Assembly (NCBI RefSeq): GCF_009914755.1
Contig: NC_060932.1
Direction: 5' to 3' (one strand)
DNA: 64,000 nt
Origin: the human T2T-CHM13v2.0 reference genome, Homo sapiens
Within the stretch, counting starts at the first letter, position 1, and every line of letters begins with the position of its first letter. A program made the position numbers and the translations under genes. A model generated the notes under the pieces. That model worked only from the letters and a program-made list of their open reading frames with translations. It ran no database searches and had not been told where the DNA came from. Below are positions 27,860 through 42,116 of the stretch, in pieces.

Positions 27860-28084
27860 TCTTAGAGCATCCCTGTTATAGGGATTCTGGGGACTAACAA
27901 GAAGCTACAGACCCCAAACTATTTCAGATGTAGTTCCAGCCCTCCTAAGCAAGTGTTAGCTCGAACCTTCTCACTCTTGCTCAGATTCATAGCTGCTCAC
28001 CTTTCAGAAGAAATGACAATGCTGAAAGAGGAAACCAAGGGGACAAGAGAGATGGCAGCCATCCCAACAGCTGTCTTGTGTTGT

Positions 28085-28310
28085 GCCCCTACTGTGTGCC
28101 AGACACTGTCCTAAGCACTTTACTTATATTAACTCATCCAGCTCACAACCAACAAAATGGCCCTAAGAGGCCTCTGCTGATATCCCCGTTTTCCAAATGA
28201 GAAAACTGTCCACGGGGTCGGTCAGTAACTTGTTCAACCTGGGAATGGCAGAGCTGGGATCTGAAGTCCGGGAGCCTGGCTCCGTAGGCCTCTGTTTAAG
28301 CCACTGCATC
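28085..28310 (-). mobile_element. MIR
   Basis: ctactgtgtgccagacactgtcctaagcactttac...ccccgttttccaaatgagaaaactg. Confidence 0.85.
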
Positions 28311-29627
28311 TGTTGCCTTGTGGAATGTTCTTAGAACTGTAGGATACTGGTTCCCACATGGCCGAGAGTCTTCTCTCACTAGTTCGTGCTCCATGGTGAT
28401 GGAGAAGCATAGTTCTAATCTGTCATTCTGTTGCTCTGGAGCCTACACAGCCCCCCATCGCATCTGGAGGGAGAAGCCCAGCTCCTTAGCACAGCACCTG
28501 AGAAATACCCTTTACAGTCTGGCCACTGGCTGAACATTCTTTCACTCTCCATGCCACACTGCTCTGTGAGTACCATCTGAAGGTCCTCTCCCTTTTCTCT
28601 GTCTTCTAAATGTTCACTCTTCAATATCTAACTCAAATATCCTCTTCTCTAACTTGTCCAGGAAGAATGAGTAAGGCCCTTTCCTTTGTTCCCCAGGCTC
28701 TTAGTTTCTCCATCTCCAATCACGTAGATTACAGCCCTTTCTTTGGTTTTCTCCAGGGGACCAAGGAGTGGGGCTCTGCCTTTCTCATGTCTGCTCTGCC
28801 TTCACGGTCCCCCACAGTGTCTTCAGTGGATGGCCAACCTCTCATGAACAGGATGTCCTCTTGTCTGAGGTTCTACTTTGTTCCAGCCATGGAGTCATAC
28901 TCTCTTTATCTTTTGACTATCCAAAGGTGTTCTGTTGGACGACTGATGCCTTCCTCCAAGGTACTTTGGGCTCCCAAGTGTGCAGTTGACATTTGCTGTG
29001 CCTTCTCCACCAGGCTTTAGTTTTTGATGAATGCTGAGCTTCAGTGGAGATTTGCTAGCCTTGGGCTTTCTGTGTTCTTGAATCTCTCAGAGTCCAGAAG
29101 AAAAGGAAAGCTGACACTTTCTAGGAATGACCTGTGAGAAGAGAGGTTGGTGTCTTGCTGCTAAGTTCCGCTTGGTTCTGAACTAAGTCACCATGGGCCA
29201 GAGGAGGCAGGGATAAGAGGAGTGGTTTCTTGGCCACCAGAATGGAAACGTTTTTGTTTTCTTGTGTGCTTTTGTGGAAATGGTGGCAGTTGCTCACTAA
29301 AGAGAACTAAAACCCTTTTACTAGAGCCCCACCAGGTCTGAAGAGGATGGGCGCGTGGGAGCCATTATCTTGTAAAGGACGCTATTGAGACCTTGCTACT
29401 GCTGCAGTGAAGAGCACAGGAAAAGCCAAGCTTAAAAAACACTGGGCGAATCCTAAGAACTTTTCATGCAGAAACACATGCATGATGAGAAGAGAATCTT
29501 CATTACAACATTGTTTGACACAGAAAAACGAGACTCAGCTTAAATGCTCATTAGTTAGTGATTGGTTGATTAAGTTGTGATAAAATGGAACACTAATACA
29601 GCTGTTTAAAAAATTAGTAAAAAAAAA

Positions 29628-29760
29628 TCAGTATGTGAGATGATGCACCTGTTAATTAACTCAACTTAGCCATTCCACAATGTATACATCATTCAAAACT
29701 TCACATCATATATTATAAATATATACAATTTTTATTTGTGAATTAAAAATTAATCTAAAA
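29628..29760 (+). mobile_element. L1MA-like 3' terminal fragment inserted in older L1 sequence
   Basis: atgtgagatgatgcacctgttaattaactc...ccattccacaatgtatac...tatacaatttttatttgtgaattaaaa; flanking repeat aaaaaattagt. Confidence 0.75.
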
Positions 29761-30464
29761 AAATTAGTGGCTATATGAAGTAATTGGGAACAATCTTGAA
29801 GCTATATTAACTACCAAAGAGCAAAGTCAACCTTAACAATGCTGACTTTTTAAAGAATAGTGCCTAGAACACTGTGTGGAGTATGCTAACAGCTACACAC
29901 TAATGCACAGCCACCAACCCCAGATCAGTTACGTGAACTTCTGCATTCACAAACACACTTAACACACTCTGTGGCTATTGCCTCTTTACTGACCTGTAAG
30001 TCAGTTCTAGAAGACAGACGATCCATGAAGGCAGGTCCTAGCCTGCCCATTTGCATTGGTATCTCCAAGGCCAAGCTAGAGAAGGCACACAATAGGCTTT
30101 CCACTAATATTTGTGAATGAATGAATGAACAGAGAGAGGAGTTTTCTTTCCACAGTTTCCTTCTACCTGCTACTCCTTGAGCATATGAGGCTGGAATCTA
30201 AGCCCTGAGGTCACTCACTGCTCTCCTGGGTACTATCCCTGGCCTCCCGTCCTTTTCCTTGAGCTTCTGTGCTCTGCAAGGCTTTCTCATTATCCTTTAG
30301 GCTACAGAGAAACAAGGAGACGGGAGAGCCTTGAAATGGACCTTCAAGATTACAATGTGTAGCTGACATTGTCAGTTAAGTTGGGCAGATCTGACTTCGC
30401 TGATTAAGTGGATGTATGAGCCGATCCTCCCCAGAAGCTGGGATCAGCTTCCCCATCTGATGGT

Positions 30465-30640
30465 GAGTCAGACCTGCTGGGGTTTGGGTCCTCGCTCCAG
30501 CATGGCTGCCTGTGTGACCTTGGCCACTTTACTTAACCTTGCTGAATCTCAATTTCCTGATCTGTAAAGGAAGCTAAAAATGCCTCTCTTGAGGTTGTAG
30601 TGAGGATTAAATGTGATAGCATAAGTGAAAGTGCCCTTTG
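30465..30640 (+). mobile_element. MIR
   Basis: tgtgtgaccttggccactttacttaacc...tttcctgatctgtaaa...gtgaggattaaatg. Confidence 0.8.
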
Positions 30641-33219
30641 AAGAAAGAGGAAGGCGAAAGCGCTTATTGTGTCAGGAGAAATGTGTGGAGAGCCCCCTGT
30701 TGTTCTCAGGTGTCTCATCCTTCCCAGGGAAAAATCCCCATGCCAAGTCAGAAGAGGTTATAATTTGGCTCTTACTCTTTTATTCAGGCACTTCTTTCGG
30801 CTGCCCAGGGTTTTCAGCTTAAGCAAATAAATTACCCTTCTCCACTGGGCTCTGTGTTCTGCAGCCAGCCATATGTTTAAGCTTGATAGAGATTTTTATC
30901 TGGCTTGGTAATATTACCCAGCAAGGGATGACATTTCTTATCAGAGGCCCTGAGGAATCAGAGATAGGAGCCCTTTCTTTTTCCTGGCCGCCAGGCCTCC
31001 ATGTGCAGGGCTGGCAGGGAGGCTGGGAGGGGCTGGCTGGGTCTGGTAGTGGGCATCAGCTGGCCCTCATTTCTTAAGACAGCACTTCTGTTAGCTGACC
31101 TACACAGAAGCAGGTCATTTCGAGATGTTTGCGTCTTGGAGCCACTGATAGAAGCAGGGCAAGGGAGAGTGAATGAGGAAGGAAGGCGGGAGTGTGATGA
31201 CGCATGCCCAGCTTTGCGCGGAGGCAGAGCACTTGCCTGTGTGGGGCCCTGCCCTTCTCTTGAGAGGCAGGCGGGCCCTAGCTGCAGCGTCAAGGTCTGG
31301 GGATTCTGTGGCTCTGTAGGGTGAAGGGCACTGGAGACCTACCAGGGGCTGGGCCATTGGAGTGGTGGGTGCTGGGGAGCTTCCGTGGGCCCCTCCAGGT
31401 CCACTCCTTGCTCTTCTCTGCCTTGTTTTGTGCCCAGAAGGCTGACCTGTGTGGATGCATTATCAGGGTGGATGCAACACAGGGCTGCCATGCTCTCTGG
31501 TATCAGTTTGGAAGGCACTGGCAGGATGGGAAGGCAGGCGGGGAGTGAGGTCAGGGGGCCTATCCTTCCACTGCCTCCCTGCTGCTCCCTGACTGATTCA
31601 GGTAAGGTTTACACCGGGGCTCTAGGTTTGAATTTTGATTCTGGCATGTACTTGCTGTGTGATATTAGGCAAGTGGTGGAACCTCTCTGTGCGTCCGACT
31701 TCTCATCTATAGTAACGCTTTTGCATTCCATTGATCTCTTTGCCTCTCATTTGCCCTGAATGCTGAAGGAAAGGACACTGCTGTATCCCCTGAGGGACTG
31801 TCTGAGCCCAAAGTACACTGGGGACAAGGGCTTCAGGGTGGGCAAGGAGATGACCGATGATCACGTGATTTGGAACTATAGCCTCCATTGGAGACACGTG
31901 CTCTGGGCTCTTTCCCTCCTGAGTTTTGGGAAGTCCTGGCCTGTGCAGCCTAATTCTCAAGTACTAATCTTGCAATCATAAGAAGAGGAAGGAGAAGTGG
32001 TTTTCCCTCTCCCTGGACCCATTCCAGCCAGCAGTTCCTGACTTTGCTTCCTTCCTGTTGGTGCCCACTCTGTTTCCTTCCATCCCTTCCCCAACCTCTC
32101 CCATCCCATGCCTCATGTTGGGCAACTTGAGTTTAACTGTCTCTTCTTCCAGTGGCCAAGTCCAAATTCTGAAAGCACAGTTCTGACCATGTCCCTGTCC
32201 AACTCAAAAACAGTAGCTCCGTGTCACCCACAGGCTTGAAGTCAGACCTCTCAGGGGGCATTAAGTCCACCGCAACATCACTCCAGCCTGTGAATAAAGA
32301 CTGAATGCCTCCGAGCCTCTTATGTGGGGAATCAGTTCTGGTAAACAGGTCTCACTTCTTGTCTTTTAAACACTACTTGCTTTCCTTGACGTCTGTGCTT
32401 TGATCCCATTGTTTTTTCTCCCTTGGATGCCTGAGAGATCCATGGGCTCTGGCTTCAGAGAGTGCTGGGTTCAGACCTCAGCTCCAACAGTTGCTGGCTC
32501 TGTGACCCTAGGAATGTCACCTCACCACTCCAAGCCTCTGTATCCTTGACATTAACCTGGGCTGATAGTTCCTACCTGCAGGGTTCTTGTGAGAAGAACC
32601 TGTCTAAAGGCTCCTACTGGGGCTTGACTTGTCAGATAAATGAATGGGGTTTTCCCTAACCTTCTAATTGACTACCCCACTGATTATTCAAACTCCACCT
32701 GTCCTCAAGTTCCATTCCATCATTCACTTCCTCTGTGGGTTTTTCTGCCACAAAGTCATCTTCCTCTGTTTGAAAGACTCTTAGTTCCTCATGTATGACA
32801 GCAAGAGTGGACCTCATCTCTTTCTTTTTGTGTCTGACTTCCCAGCACAGTCTCAATTTCTTCAGGGCATTGACTGTGGTGTAAGATTCTCAGCTTGAGC
32901 ACTGGAACCATTTATGGGACGATTGAGTATTCAACTCCAAGAGAATGAAAGAGAGTCACTTGTTCTTTCATTGAACGAAATTGATTGAGTGCACATGATA
33001 TGTTGTGTCTGTGCTTCACACTGGAGTTGTAAGGATGCATAAAATGAAGATTCTGTCTTCACATAGCCTATCATCCAGTGAGGAGGTTGCATTATTGGGA
33101 ATCTGTGCCAAGCCTGGATTGCATAAGACATAGGTAGCTGAGAACCTGGTGCTGACTGGGGACTGGGGGAAGTTCTGTGCCCAAGGAGAGGAGGACTCTT
33201 CCCTTCAGATGGATGCCCA

Positions 33220-34450
33220 TAATTTTATCTTTAACTTTTAAGAATTTGGCTTTAATGTGCCTCAATGAAGACCTCCTTATGTTTAATAAATTACAAATTA
33301 TTTGGACTTCATGGATTGAGATGTTTATTTTCCTCTCCAGATTTGGAGAGTTCTATGTATTTTTTTCTTTAAATAAACTTTCTATCACCTTCTCCTCTGC
33401 TTTTATTCCTCCTCTTGAGTTCCCATAATGTGTATTTCAGTTCACTTGATGGTGTCCCATAAGTCCCATAGGTTTTCTTTTTCATTTTTTTTTCTTTTTA
33501 TTCTTCTGACTAATTTCAAATGGCCTGTCTTTGACCTCATTGATTCCATCTTCTGGTCGATCAAGTCTGCTGCTGAAGTTCCTTATAGAATTTTTCAGTT
33601 CAGTCATTTTGCTTTACCACCAGAATTTCTGTTTGGGTCTTTTTTTATGGTTTATCTCTCTTTGTTGAACTTCTACTTTGTTTATGTATTGTTTTTCTGA
33701 TTTTGTTGTTTATGTTCTCTTTAAGTTGAGTTTCTTCAAGACAATTATTTTGAATTCTTTGTCAGACAATGTATAGGTCTCAATTTCTTTAGGATTGGTT
33801 ACTGGTGCTTTAGTTTGTTTTTTAGTCATGTTTCCTTGTCTATTTGTAACCCTTGGGGTCTTGTGTTGATGTCTACATATTTTAAGAAGTAGAGATCTCT
33901 TTTATTCTTTACCAATTAGCTTTGGCCAAGAAAGCTGTTCACCAGTCAAGATATTTTGGGTGGATTGGCTGGCAGGGTCTGAGGGCAAGTTTACTGCTGG
34001 AATTCTTAAGCGGGCTGGCCTGGTGCCTGAGTCCATGGGTACAGGCCTAGATTCTGGGTCCCTGGGGGCCAGACTGGCACTGAGATACAGTGGGATGGCT
34101 TTATTGACTGTGTTCATGTCTGTAGCATGCGTCTGTGAAGGCCAACCTGGTACTAGGATCTACACTGATGTTGGGTGCTTACTTCACTCTCCTTCCTCCA
34201 CATGAAGGGTTTCTCTCTTCATGCTGCACTGTGCTGTCTTGGGGGAAGGGTGATGTGAGTGATGTGAAACTCTTATTCCTACCCTTTTCAATGCATCTTT
34301 TATTATTTCTATGCTCCACCCAGCTGCTGTAATTGCTCATCTGGATTTCTTAGCTCTTGTGAAGGTATATTTTTCATGGGTGGTTGTTCAAATTGCTGTT
34401 TCTATGAAGGGATAGACACTGGAGACTACTATTCTGCCATCTTGCTCACA
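33220..34450 (-). mobile_element. Old L1M 5' region (ORF1/5'UTR) fragment
   Basis: T-rich antisense L1 ORF1-type sequence (ttcctctccagatttggagagtt, tattttgaattctttgtcagac) and L1M 5' motif ttctgccatcttg. Confidence 0.7.
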
Positions 34451-35207
34451 TTACTCTTCTCTTCATAGTATTATTTAAAATGATACATTTAGTTTTGTTT
34501 ATTTCACATCTGTATTCCTTCACTAGATTGGGATCCTGTAAGGGGAAGAATGAGGTCAATTGTGTTTACCACAGTCATAACAATAAAAACCAGTGCTGTT
34601 GTCACACTATGTGCAGGGCACAGTTTTAAGTTCTTTATGTTTACCAAATTATTTTATCCTCATTAGACCCAACTGAGATATACTGTCACTTCATTTTACA
34701 GATGAAGAAACCAAGGCACACAAAGGCTAAGTAATGTGGTCTAGCTCTCCTATGAAGACAGTAGATGGTAAAACCAGGATTTTAAACCTCACAGTGGCTC
34801 CAGGATTTGTGTATCTAACCACTCTGCCAGACCTTTCTAGTGCTTTCTTCTAGTAACCACCCCAGCAAAGATGCTCAGCAAATGGGTGGTGCATGAAACA
34901 AAGGGTCATTATCCTATTTCTTGGGTAAGTTCTCACTGCAGTTTGTGCTCTGGGCACAGAGTTAACAGCATAGTAAAGAGGAGGGGACCTGGATCTAGGA
35001 ATTTAACACAGCTAGATTGAGATCTGAGCTCACTCATCACTAAGTGACTATGAGCAAAGTGTTTAACTTCATTAAGTCTTGGTTTTGTTAGATCAACATG
35101 GAAGAAATGCATTAATAATTTCCTATTAATCTTACATTAATGGTGGAAAAAATGAGAGTATAGATTATAGTGGGTGCTCAGACAGTGTCATCTGCCATCT
35201 TGGAGGG

Positions 35208-35345
35208 CTATATATACATATATATATACACACACACACACATATATATGTATTTTATATATATTGTATATATAATACCTATATATGTGTATTTTATATA
35301 TATGGGTATTATATATATAGGTATTAATATATATAGGTATTATTA
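35208..35345. repeat. (TA)n/(CA)n low-complexity repeat
   Basis: tatatatacatatatatatacacacacacacacatatatatg... Confidence 0.9.
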
Positions 35346-36645
35346 TCAGCTTTAGCTTTTTCATCCATGAGATGAGAATTTGATGTAGTCCTGCCTGATG
35401 TCCACACAGGCTCCTCAGAATGGCTTTGTTTTACTAGAGATGTTACCCCTAGGAAACAAGCTCAATCCCTTGCCCCTCAGTGGACTAGAGGCAGCATGTT
35501 TATGAGACAGGAAAGGATGTGAGTGATGTGAGTTTCTTAGCTGGCTTTGGAACAGAACAGAGGCTCTTTACGATGATGCCAGTGCTCCTAATTAATTATC
35601 ATAACAAGTCTCCTGTTCTCAGCATCTGTCAGCAGGTACAGCTGCACCAGCACAGTGGACTGGCTGAGCAACCAGAAGGGCTGGGGCAAGGCCAGGCCAG
35701 GGCAGCCAGCCTGTATCTCCAAGTGCCCAGCTGGTTCCGTCCTTGTATCTGACAGGGCCCTCTGATCTTCCTGCATACAATGGATTGCAGGGAAAAAGAA
35801 ACTTCCTGGCCTGATTGACACAAATTTGTAGGAAACAGCTGCCTTTAGTGGGGACAAAAAAGCAAAATCCAGTGTGAGTGATAACCTCTTGCCAGTCTGG
35901 GTTCTGGGTTGCATATCTGCTGGTGACTATAGGAGGTGGTGGGAGGATGTGAATTCCTACAAATGCTAAGTTAGCATCCAGTGTGTGACAACAGGGTGAG
36001 AATCTCCTATTGGTTCTCCCAACAAATAGGAAGAGAAGAGCCTGAGTTTTGGGGGTTCCCAAGTTTTTGAGGTTTCACCAGTGACTTACTTTATTGCCAC
36101 CAGGAAGTGCATGATGCACTCTGTACCCCACTTTCTTTGTAGTGGCAAAATGGGATTTGTTAGATTTTTTTTCCCACAGTTGAAAGGAGGTTGCTATGGC
36201 AATGACCTGTGCCTAAGATGAAGTTGAAGAGAAGTATGGAAAGAACTTGACAGTTCTTTGCAGAACAGCAAGCTTACATGGAGAACTGAGGCTCAGAGAG
36301 GTGAGGTATGGCCCAAGGTCTCACAGCAAGTTGAGGGTAAAGCTGGCTCCTGGAACCAACCATGGCTTCCTAATTGTTGCCATCCTCAGTTCCTTGCACC
36401 TGTTGATTGAAACACTGATGGCCTGCTTCAACTGTGTCAGTTCTCCTTGTCTTCTGGGCTCATTCCTTGATGGGTTCAATGTGGCTGGTTGCCTCTTGCC
36501 ACATGATTTGGGCACTCCATGTTTAATCTGACAGATTCTGACTGCAGTTTTCATTTATTTTGCTGCTTGTGTGAATCATGACTGTGACTGGGAATGCTGG
36601 GCCCAGGTTTTCAGGGACACAGATCACAGAGTGAGAGAAATGCCA

Positions 36646-37091
36646 TGTGATGGTTAATTCCATCTGTCACCTTGGGTAGTTACCCAGGTTTTCCTTAAAC
36701 ACCAGTCCAGATGTCACTGAAGGTATTTTTCAGATGAGATTAACATTTGAATCAGCAGACGTTGAGTAGAGCACATTATCTTCCATAATGTGGATGGGCC
36801 TCATCCAATCAGTGGAAAGCCTTAAGAGAAAACACATGAGGTTCCCTAAGGAAGTAGAAATTCTGCCTCCAGGATGCCTTTGGATTAAAACTACAACATC
36901 AAGGCTTCTCTGGATCTCCATCTTGCCAACCTGCCCTGTAGAATTTAGACTTAACAGTCCTCACAATTGTGTGAGTCAATTCCTTATAATCTCTCTATGT
37001 CCCTACAGACACACACATGCACAGACACACACACACCCACATACACACACATTCTATTGGTTCTATTTCTTTGGAGAACCTTGATATTACA
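36646..37091 (+). mobile_element. MLT2 solo LTR, full length
   Basis: tgtgatggttaatt start; end ttctttggagaaccttgatattaca; 5 bp TSD tgcca/tgcaa. Confidence 0.9.
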
Positions 37092-37407
37092 TGCAAGCTT
37101 TGTGTTTATTTGTTTTATTTTTATTTTAAAAACCTTGGACATCATAATATGCAGACTTTAGAATGAGACAGATTTAGGTATGACTCCAAGAACTGCCAAT
37201 GCTGAGGGTAAGTTACTTAACTTTTCCGGGCTTAAGTCTCCTTATCAATAAAATGGAAATAATATTAACACCTCCTACATTAATGCCAATAAACACTAAA
37301 CAAGACAATGAATGTAATGCACTTAATACACTGCCTGGCCTAGTGCTCAACACATAATGCTGCTTATTCTAAAATTTATACTTTACTGCAAGCCATGTAG
37401 CTGCATG

Positions 37408-37870
37408 AATCAGTTCTCTATTTGCTGCACATGAAACCATAACAAAATGTTGTGGCTTAAAACAACTTATTTTTCTCATAGTTCTATAAGTTGGCTGAGC
37501 TCTGCTGGTGGTTCTTCTGTTCCACATGGGAGCATTTGGAATCGGTGTGTGGCTGCATTAAATTAGGAGTCTGGTGCTTCAGCTGGGGTGACTGGAGTGG
37601 CTGGTGGCATCTGTCTTGCCATGAGGTCTCTCATCACGAGCAGTCTAGCTCAACCTTCTTTATGGTAGGTTGGGTAGCTGAATCCCAAGTGGATAGATGT
37701 GAAAGTTTCCTAGGACAGAATCATTTCCATCACCTTCCCCTGGTAAAGCAGCCACAGACCAGCCCAGACTCAAGACAGGGAAACCAACTCCAACTCTTGA
37801 TGGGAGAAACAATATGCATGTACAGAAATGGGAGGACTCATATCACTCACTACTGGACACAGTCCACCCC
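37408..37870 (-). mobile_element. Old MLT1 (H/I-like) LTR
   Basis: ctatttgctgc...aaaatgttgtggcttaaaacaacttatttttctcatagttct...cagcccagactcaag. Confidence 0.75.
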
Positions 37871-37959
37871 AGGCACAAGTTGCTTTTCAGGTTTATGACT
37901 CTCAGCTTCTACTCTGCTTAACCTCTTGGGTTGGTTTGTAATAATGTAGTGACCTCTGA

Positions 37960-38125
37960 ACAGAAACTCTGGAGCCAGTCTGCCCTTTTCAAATCCTGCC
38001 TCTGCCACTGACTAGCTATGGGACCTTAGGTGAGTTTCTTATTTCCTTCATGCCTCAGGTTCCTTATAAAGGAAATGGGGATAATGTTGGTACTGAAGTG
38101 GAACTTGTGTGAGGATTAATTGAAA
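37960..38125 (+). mobile_element. MIR
   Basis: ctctggagccagtctgcc...aaatcctgcctctgccactgactagctatgggacctt. Confidence 0.85.
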
Positions 38126-38129
38126 TAGG

Positions 38130-38352
38130 AGTGTGTGTGTATTCATGCCTATATGCATATGCATGCCTGTATACATGCGTTCATGTATTTACATTTGAAT
38201 GTGCAGGTATGTATACTCATATATGCATACATATGTGTCTGCGTATACACCTACATATGTATATATTTCTATATACAATATATATTCATTGCGTGTATAC
38301 ATAAAATTGCATGCATAGCTCGCACAGATGTTTCCTTGTTTATACATATGTT
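38130..38352. repeat. (TA/TG/CA) low-complexity repeat
   Basis: Alternating purine-pyrimidine tract. Confidence 0.8.
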
Positions 38353-40230
38353 TGCAGCCTGTACACGAGTCCCAGGCTGCTTTAACCTGGGCCCTGCCCC
38401 AGTGTATTTGAGAAAATTTTATCACTGTGCTTGAGAACTGGTCTTCAGCTGGGTGTTGAACTGGGACCTCCCGAGGCCAATGCCTAGTGCCTTCTCCACC
38501 ACACGAATGGTTGCCAAGACTGCCCTTGGGACGCATCAGAAGTATATCAGTGGGTCTTGGTAAAATGCAGAATCCTGGGCCCCACCCCAGGCCTGCTGAC
38601 TCCAAGAGATTGACCTAGAATCTGGTTATTTCACGAGTTGCTCCGGGGTGATTCTGATAGAAACGTCATAGGCGCTTCTGATCGTGGCGGGTCCCTGGCA
38701 GCCCATGCTTGCCCCAGCAGTATCTTCTTTACTCTCTGGTTAATTCATTTTCCTTTCCCTCCCCAGAAAAATTGAATGCATTCTCTTCATGCACAACCAT
38801 GATCTCAGAGGAGTGCAGAACACAGGGCCAGTTTCACATTTGGAGTTTTAGTTTAGTTTAGCTTCCCGCATCATTGAGAAAGACAGGGTATTCTCACCTC
38901 ACCACTTCCAGGCTGAGCTGACGTCAAGTTTAGCTGTGAGATAACCAGACCACCCTGAGCTTCCCTCCCATTCACAGTGAGCTGATTTACCCCAGGTCCA
39001 GCTTCTGGGTGATATGACCTCATTGCTTTGTAACTTCCCCGAGGCCTTCCCACTAAGAAAATTACAACTGCTCTTTATTGAGCATTAATACTGTATACAA
39101 ACGTTGCTTTTCTTATTACTTACCATGTAGAAAAGGTATTATTACCCCGAAGCTAAGGGATAATAGCTTACAAAAGGGCACAGAACAAGGATTCAAACCC
39201 TTATGACCTAACCGGAAAAACCCCTTTCTCTTTCTACTATACTGGCAGGGAGATATGTTAAGATTTGTTTTCATGGCCCCAGGTCCTAAATTCTTCCTAA
39301 ATACTTCTCTTTAATATATGTGAACAAAAACCTGCAGGGATATTTTATCCAATTTCAAATGTACAGATTGTCTTTGGGGTTACAAACAAGCACCAGAAAG
39401 TCAGGAGCCACCCTGGCACTGGCTGACATGGGAGGTACAGAATGAGGTGTCCGTCCCTCCAAGGCACGGTGACCTAGAATCCCACTGCTCACTGCCTGTC
39501 TCTGTTCAGCCTTTCAGTTCATAAACATGCTTTCCTCCCTGCATTTTGACATCCATCATCGTTTAAATTCCAGGTCGTCATCCTTGTAGAACGAGGTTCG
39601 GATCTCGGCATTAAATCTCCCCCACGGTGTGTGCGGGGCCTTGCCATTTGCAGAACACTTCCTGAGCCTTGGCTTATCCTGACAGCTGCGAGAGGTTACC
39701 CTGTTTGTGAGTGAGGAAAAGAAAGGCTCACATGGTGGTATCATTGGCCTAGCTTTCAATCCAAACACTAGTCTTACCATGGATACCAGAAGGTCTTCCG
39801 TCAAATTGATCAAAAGCTGATTGTGTGAGGGTGTAAGCCAACCCTGAGATCAAATTAGGGTAAGAGGCTGGACCCTTCATCAGGAGCTGGGGCTCCTCTC
39901 TGCAAATACTGTAGAACATCAGCGTCACTGAATGAATGGAGTTGGTTACCTGACCAGCTTTCCTACTCAACATGGAGCTCTGTCTGTCTCATCTCTCTCG
40001 ATTCTTCAGTGCATAACCCAGTTCCTAGCTTGTGACGGATCCTTCCTAAGGATGTATTGGGTAAATTAATGAATAGTGATTCGACCTAACCAATTAAATC
40101 CCTGGGAGTTTTAAACTCTTGTCCAACATCAGTTTTATTTCACGTCTTATTATAAAACAGTACATAACTCTTCCAGAAAAAGTGAAAAACCCTTATATCA
40201 CTTAGATGTAACTAATTAAACAAACTGATG

Positions 40231-40231
<1 letters not shown>

Positions 40232-40268
<37 letters not shown>
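40232..40268. repeat. (TG)n microsatellite
   Basis: Perfect TG run of about 18 units. Confidence 0.97.
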
Positions 40269-40270
<2 letters not shown>

Positions 40271-41214
40271 GTTGTATGGTGGTATATATATTAGTTTGTA
40301 AATAGCTCTTCTACTAAATACATGATAAATATACTTTGACATCATCATGTGTACTTCTACTACATCACCATTTGATTGCTTGGACACCAGACTTCACCGT
40401 TGTTCAGACCTAAGTGGCAAAACCCTTTGTATTTTTCTAAGTGTCTAGGCAGACATTTAGGAAATGAATTCAACTTTGGCACTATTATAAACAGTGTTGG
40501 TATGAATATTCCTAAAGCTAAATCTTTGTGAATATGTTTTCCTACTTTATGAGGACATATTCCCGTAAACTAGAATGGCTGAAACAAGGGCTGGTTAGGC
40601 TATTGAGGTTGCGGAGTTTCCTTTCAAAAAGTGGGGACCAGTGTCTCCCTCCACCCCCAGCATGACAGACGACCATGTCCTCGAGCCCTCCACAGCAGGG
40701 CTTCAGGGTGGATTTACCTTTCCAGCCTCATCTGTTTGGCACTTGGTATTGCACCAGACGCATGGCTGTTCTCAGGCCATCATCCCTTCTTTAGAGGGTC
40801 TCCTTCACTGCTTACTGTGTAGTGAGTGCCCTTTTATTCCTCCTTCCAGCCCTTGCTTTGTGCAACACACATCTCAGATGAATTAAATCATGATTTGTCT
40901 TGTTTGGAGGGGAGCCCAAGTGAGTCAGTTCCCTGTTGTGTCCCGGTGGCCAGCACATATTTTATCATGGATAGAAGCAATGGCTCACGTCAGAAAGACC
41001 TGGATTTACAATGACTCTGCTTCTTTTCTCGCCTGAGTCCTGGCTTTTTCATGTGAGAACCCCCTTTGTACAATTATGATAAGGTTTGAATGAGATATGG
41101 CAGGGAAAGGCTCAATACGCAGCTCAACACAGGTGAATGCTCAGCCATTGTTGCCCAGGCTCAATGGCTGGGCAGGGCAGTTGACTATGTGTTGGACACT
41201 GTTTACGTGTCCAC

Positions 41215-41559
41215 CAGGGGTGGTCAAACTATGCCTCATGGGCCAAATCTGTGCCCACCACTGTATTTGTACAATCCTAGTGTGAAAAATGGTTTTCACA
41301 TTTTTTAGTGGTAGTGAAGCAAATCGAGAGAAGAAGAATATTTTGTGATATATGAAAATTACATGAAATGAGAATGGAAATTTCAATGTCCATAAATAAC
41401 ATTTTATTAAACATAGCAGACCCTTTTTCTTAACATATCTCCTATGGCTGCATTATGTTACAATGGCAGAGATGACGAGGGGCAGTAAGGCCAGGTGGCC
41501 TCACAATGCCCAGGATATTGAGTATCTGGCACTTTATAGGAAGAGTTTGCTGACCCCTG
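41215..41559. mobile_element. MER58B-like hAT-Charlie element
   Basis: TIRs caggggtggtcaaact / agtttgctgacccctg; ~345 bp; internal gggccaaatctg and tttcaatgtccataaataa. Confidence 0.85.
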
Positions 41560-41830
41560 GGTTACATGTGTAAGCTCATCCAATCCCGCATAGTGTTGGC
41601 AGTTATCATACCATCCCCATTTTACACATGGGGAAGTGAGATGCAAAGAGGTTCAGAAACTACCTGAAGCCACATGCAGCATGGAAGTGGTAGAGTTGGG
41701 GTCTTGTTCCTAGAACTGGGACTCTTCATCGTTCAGCCATAGGGTAAGTCATTGGTCTTTGCAGGTGAGGGATTGTGAGGCAGGAAAAAAGAAAGTCATG
41801 CACTAATGTATGGTAGAATAAGAATTTAGA

Positions 41831-42116
<286 letters not shown>

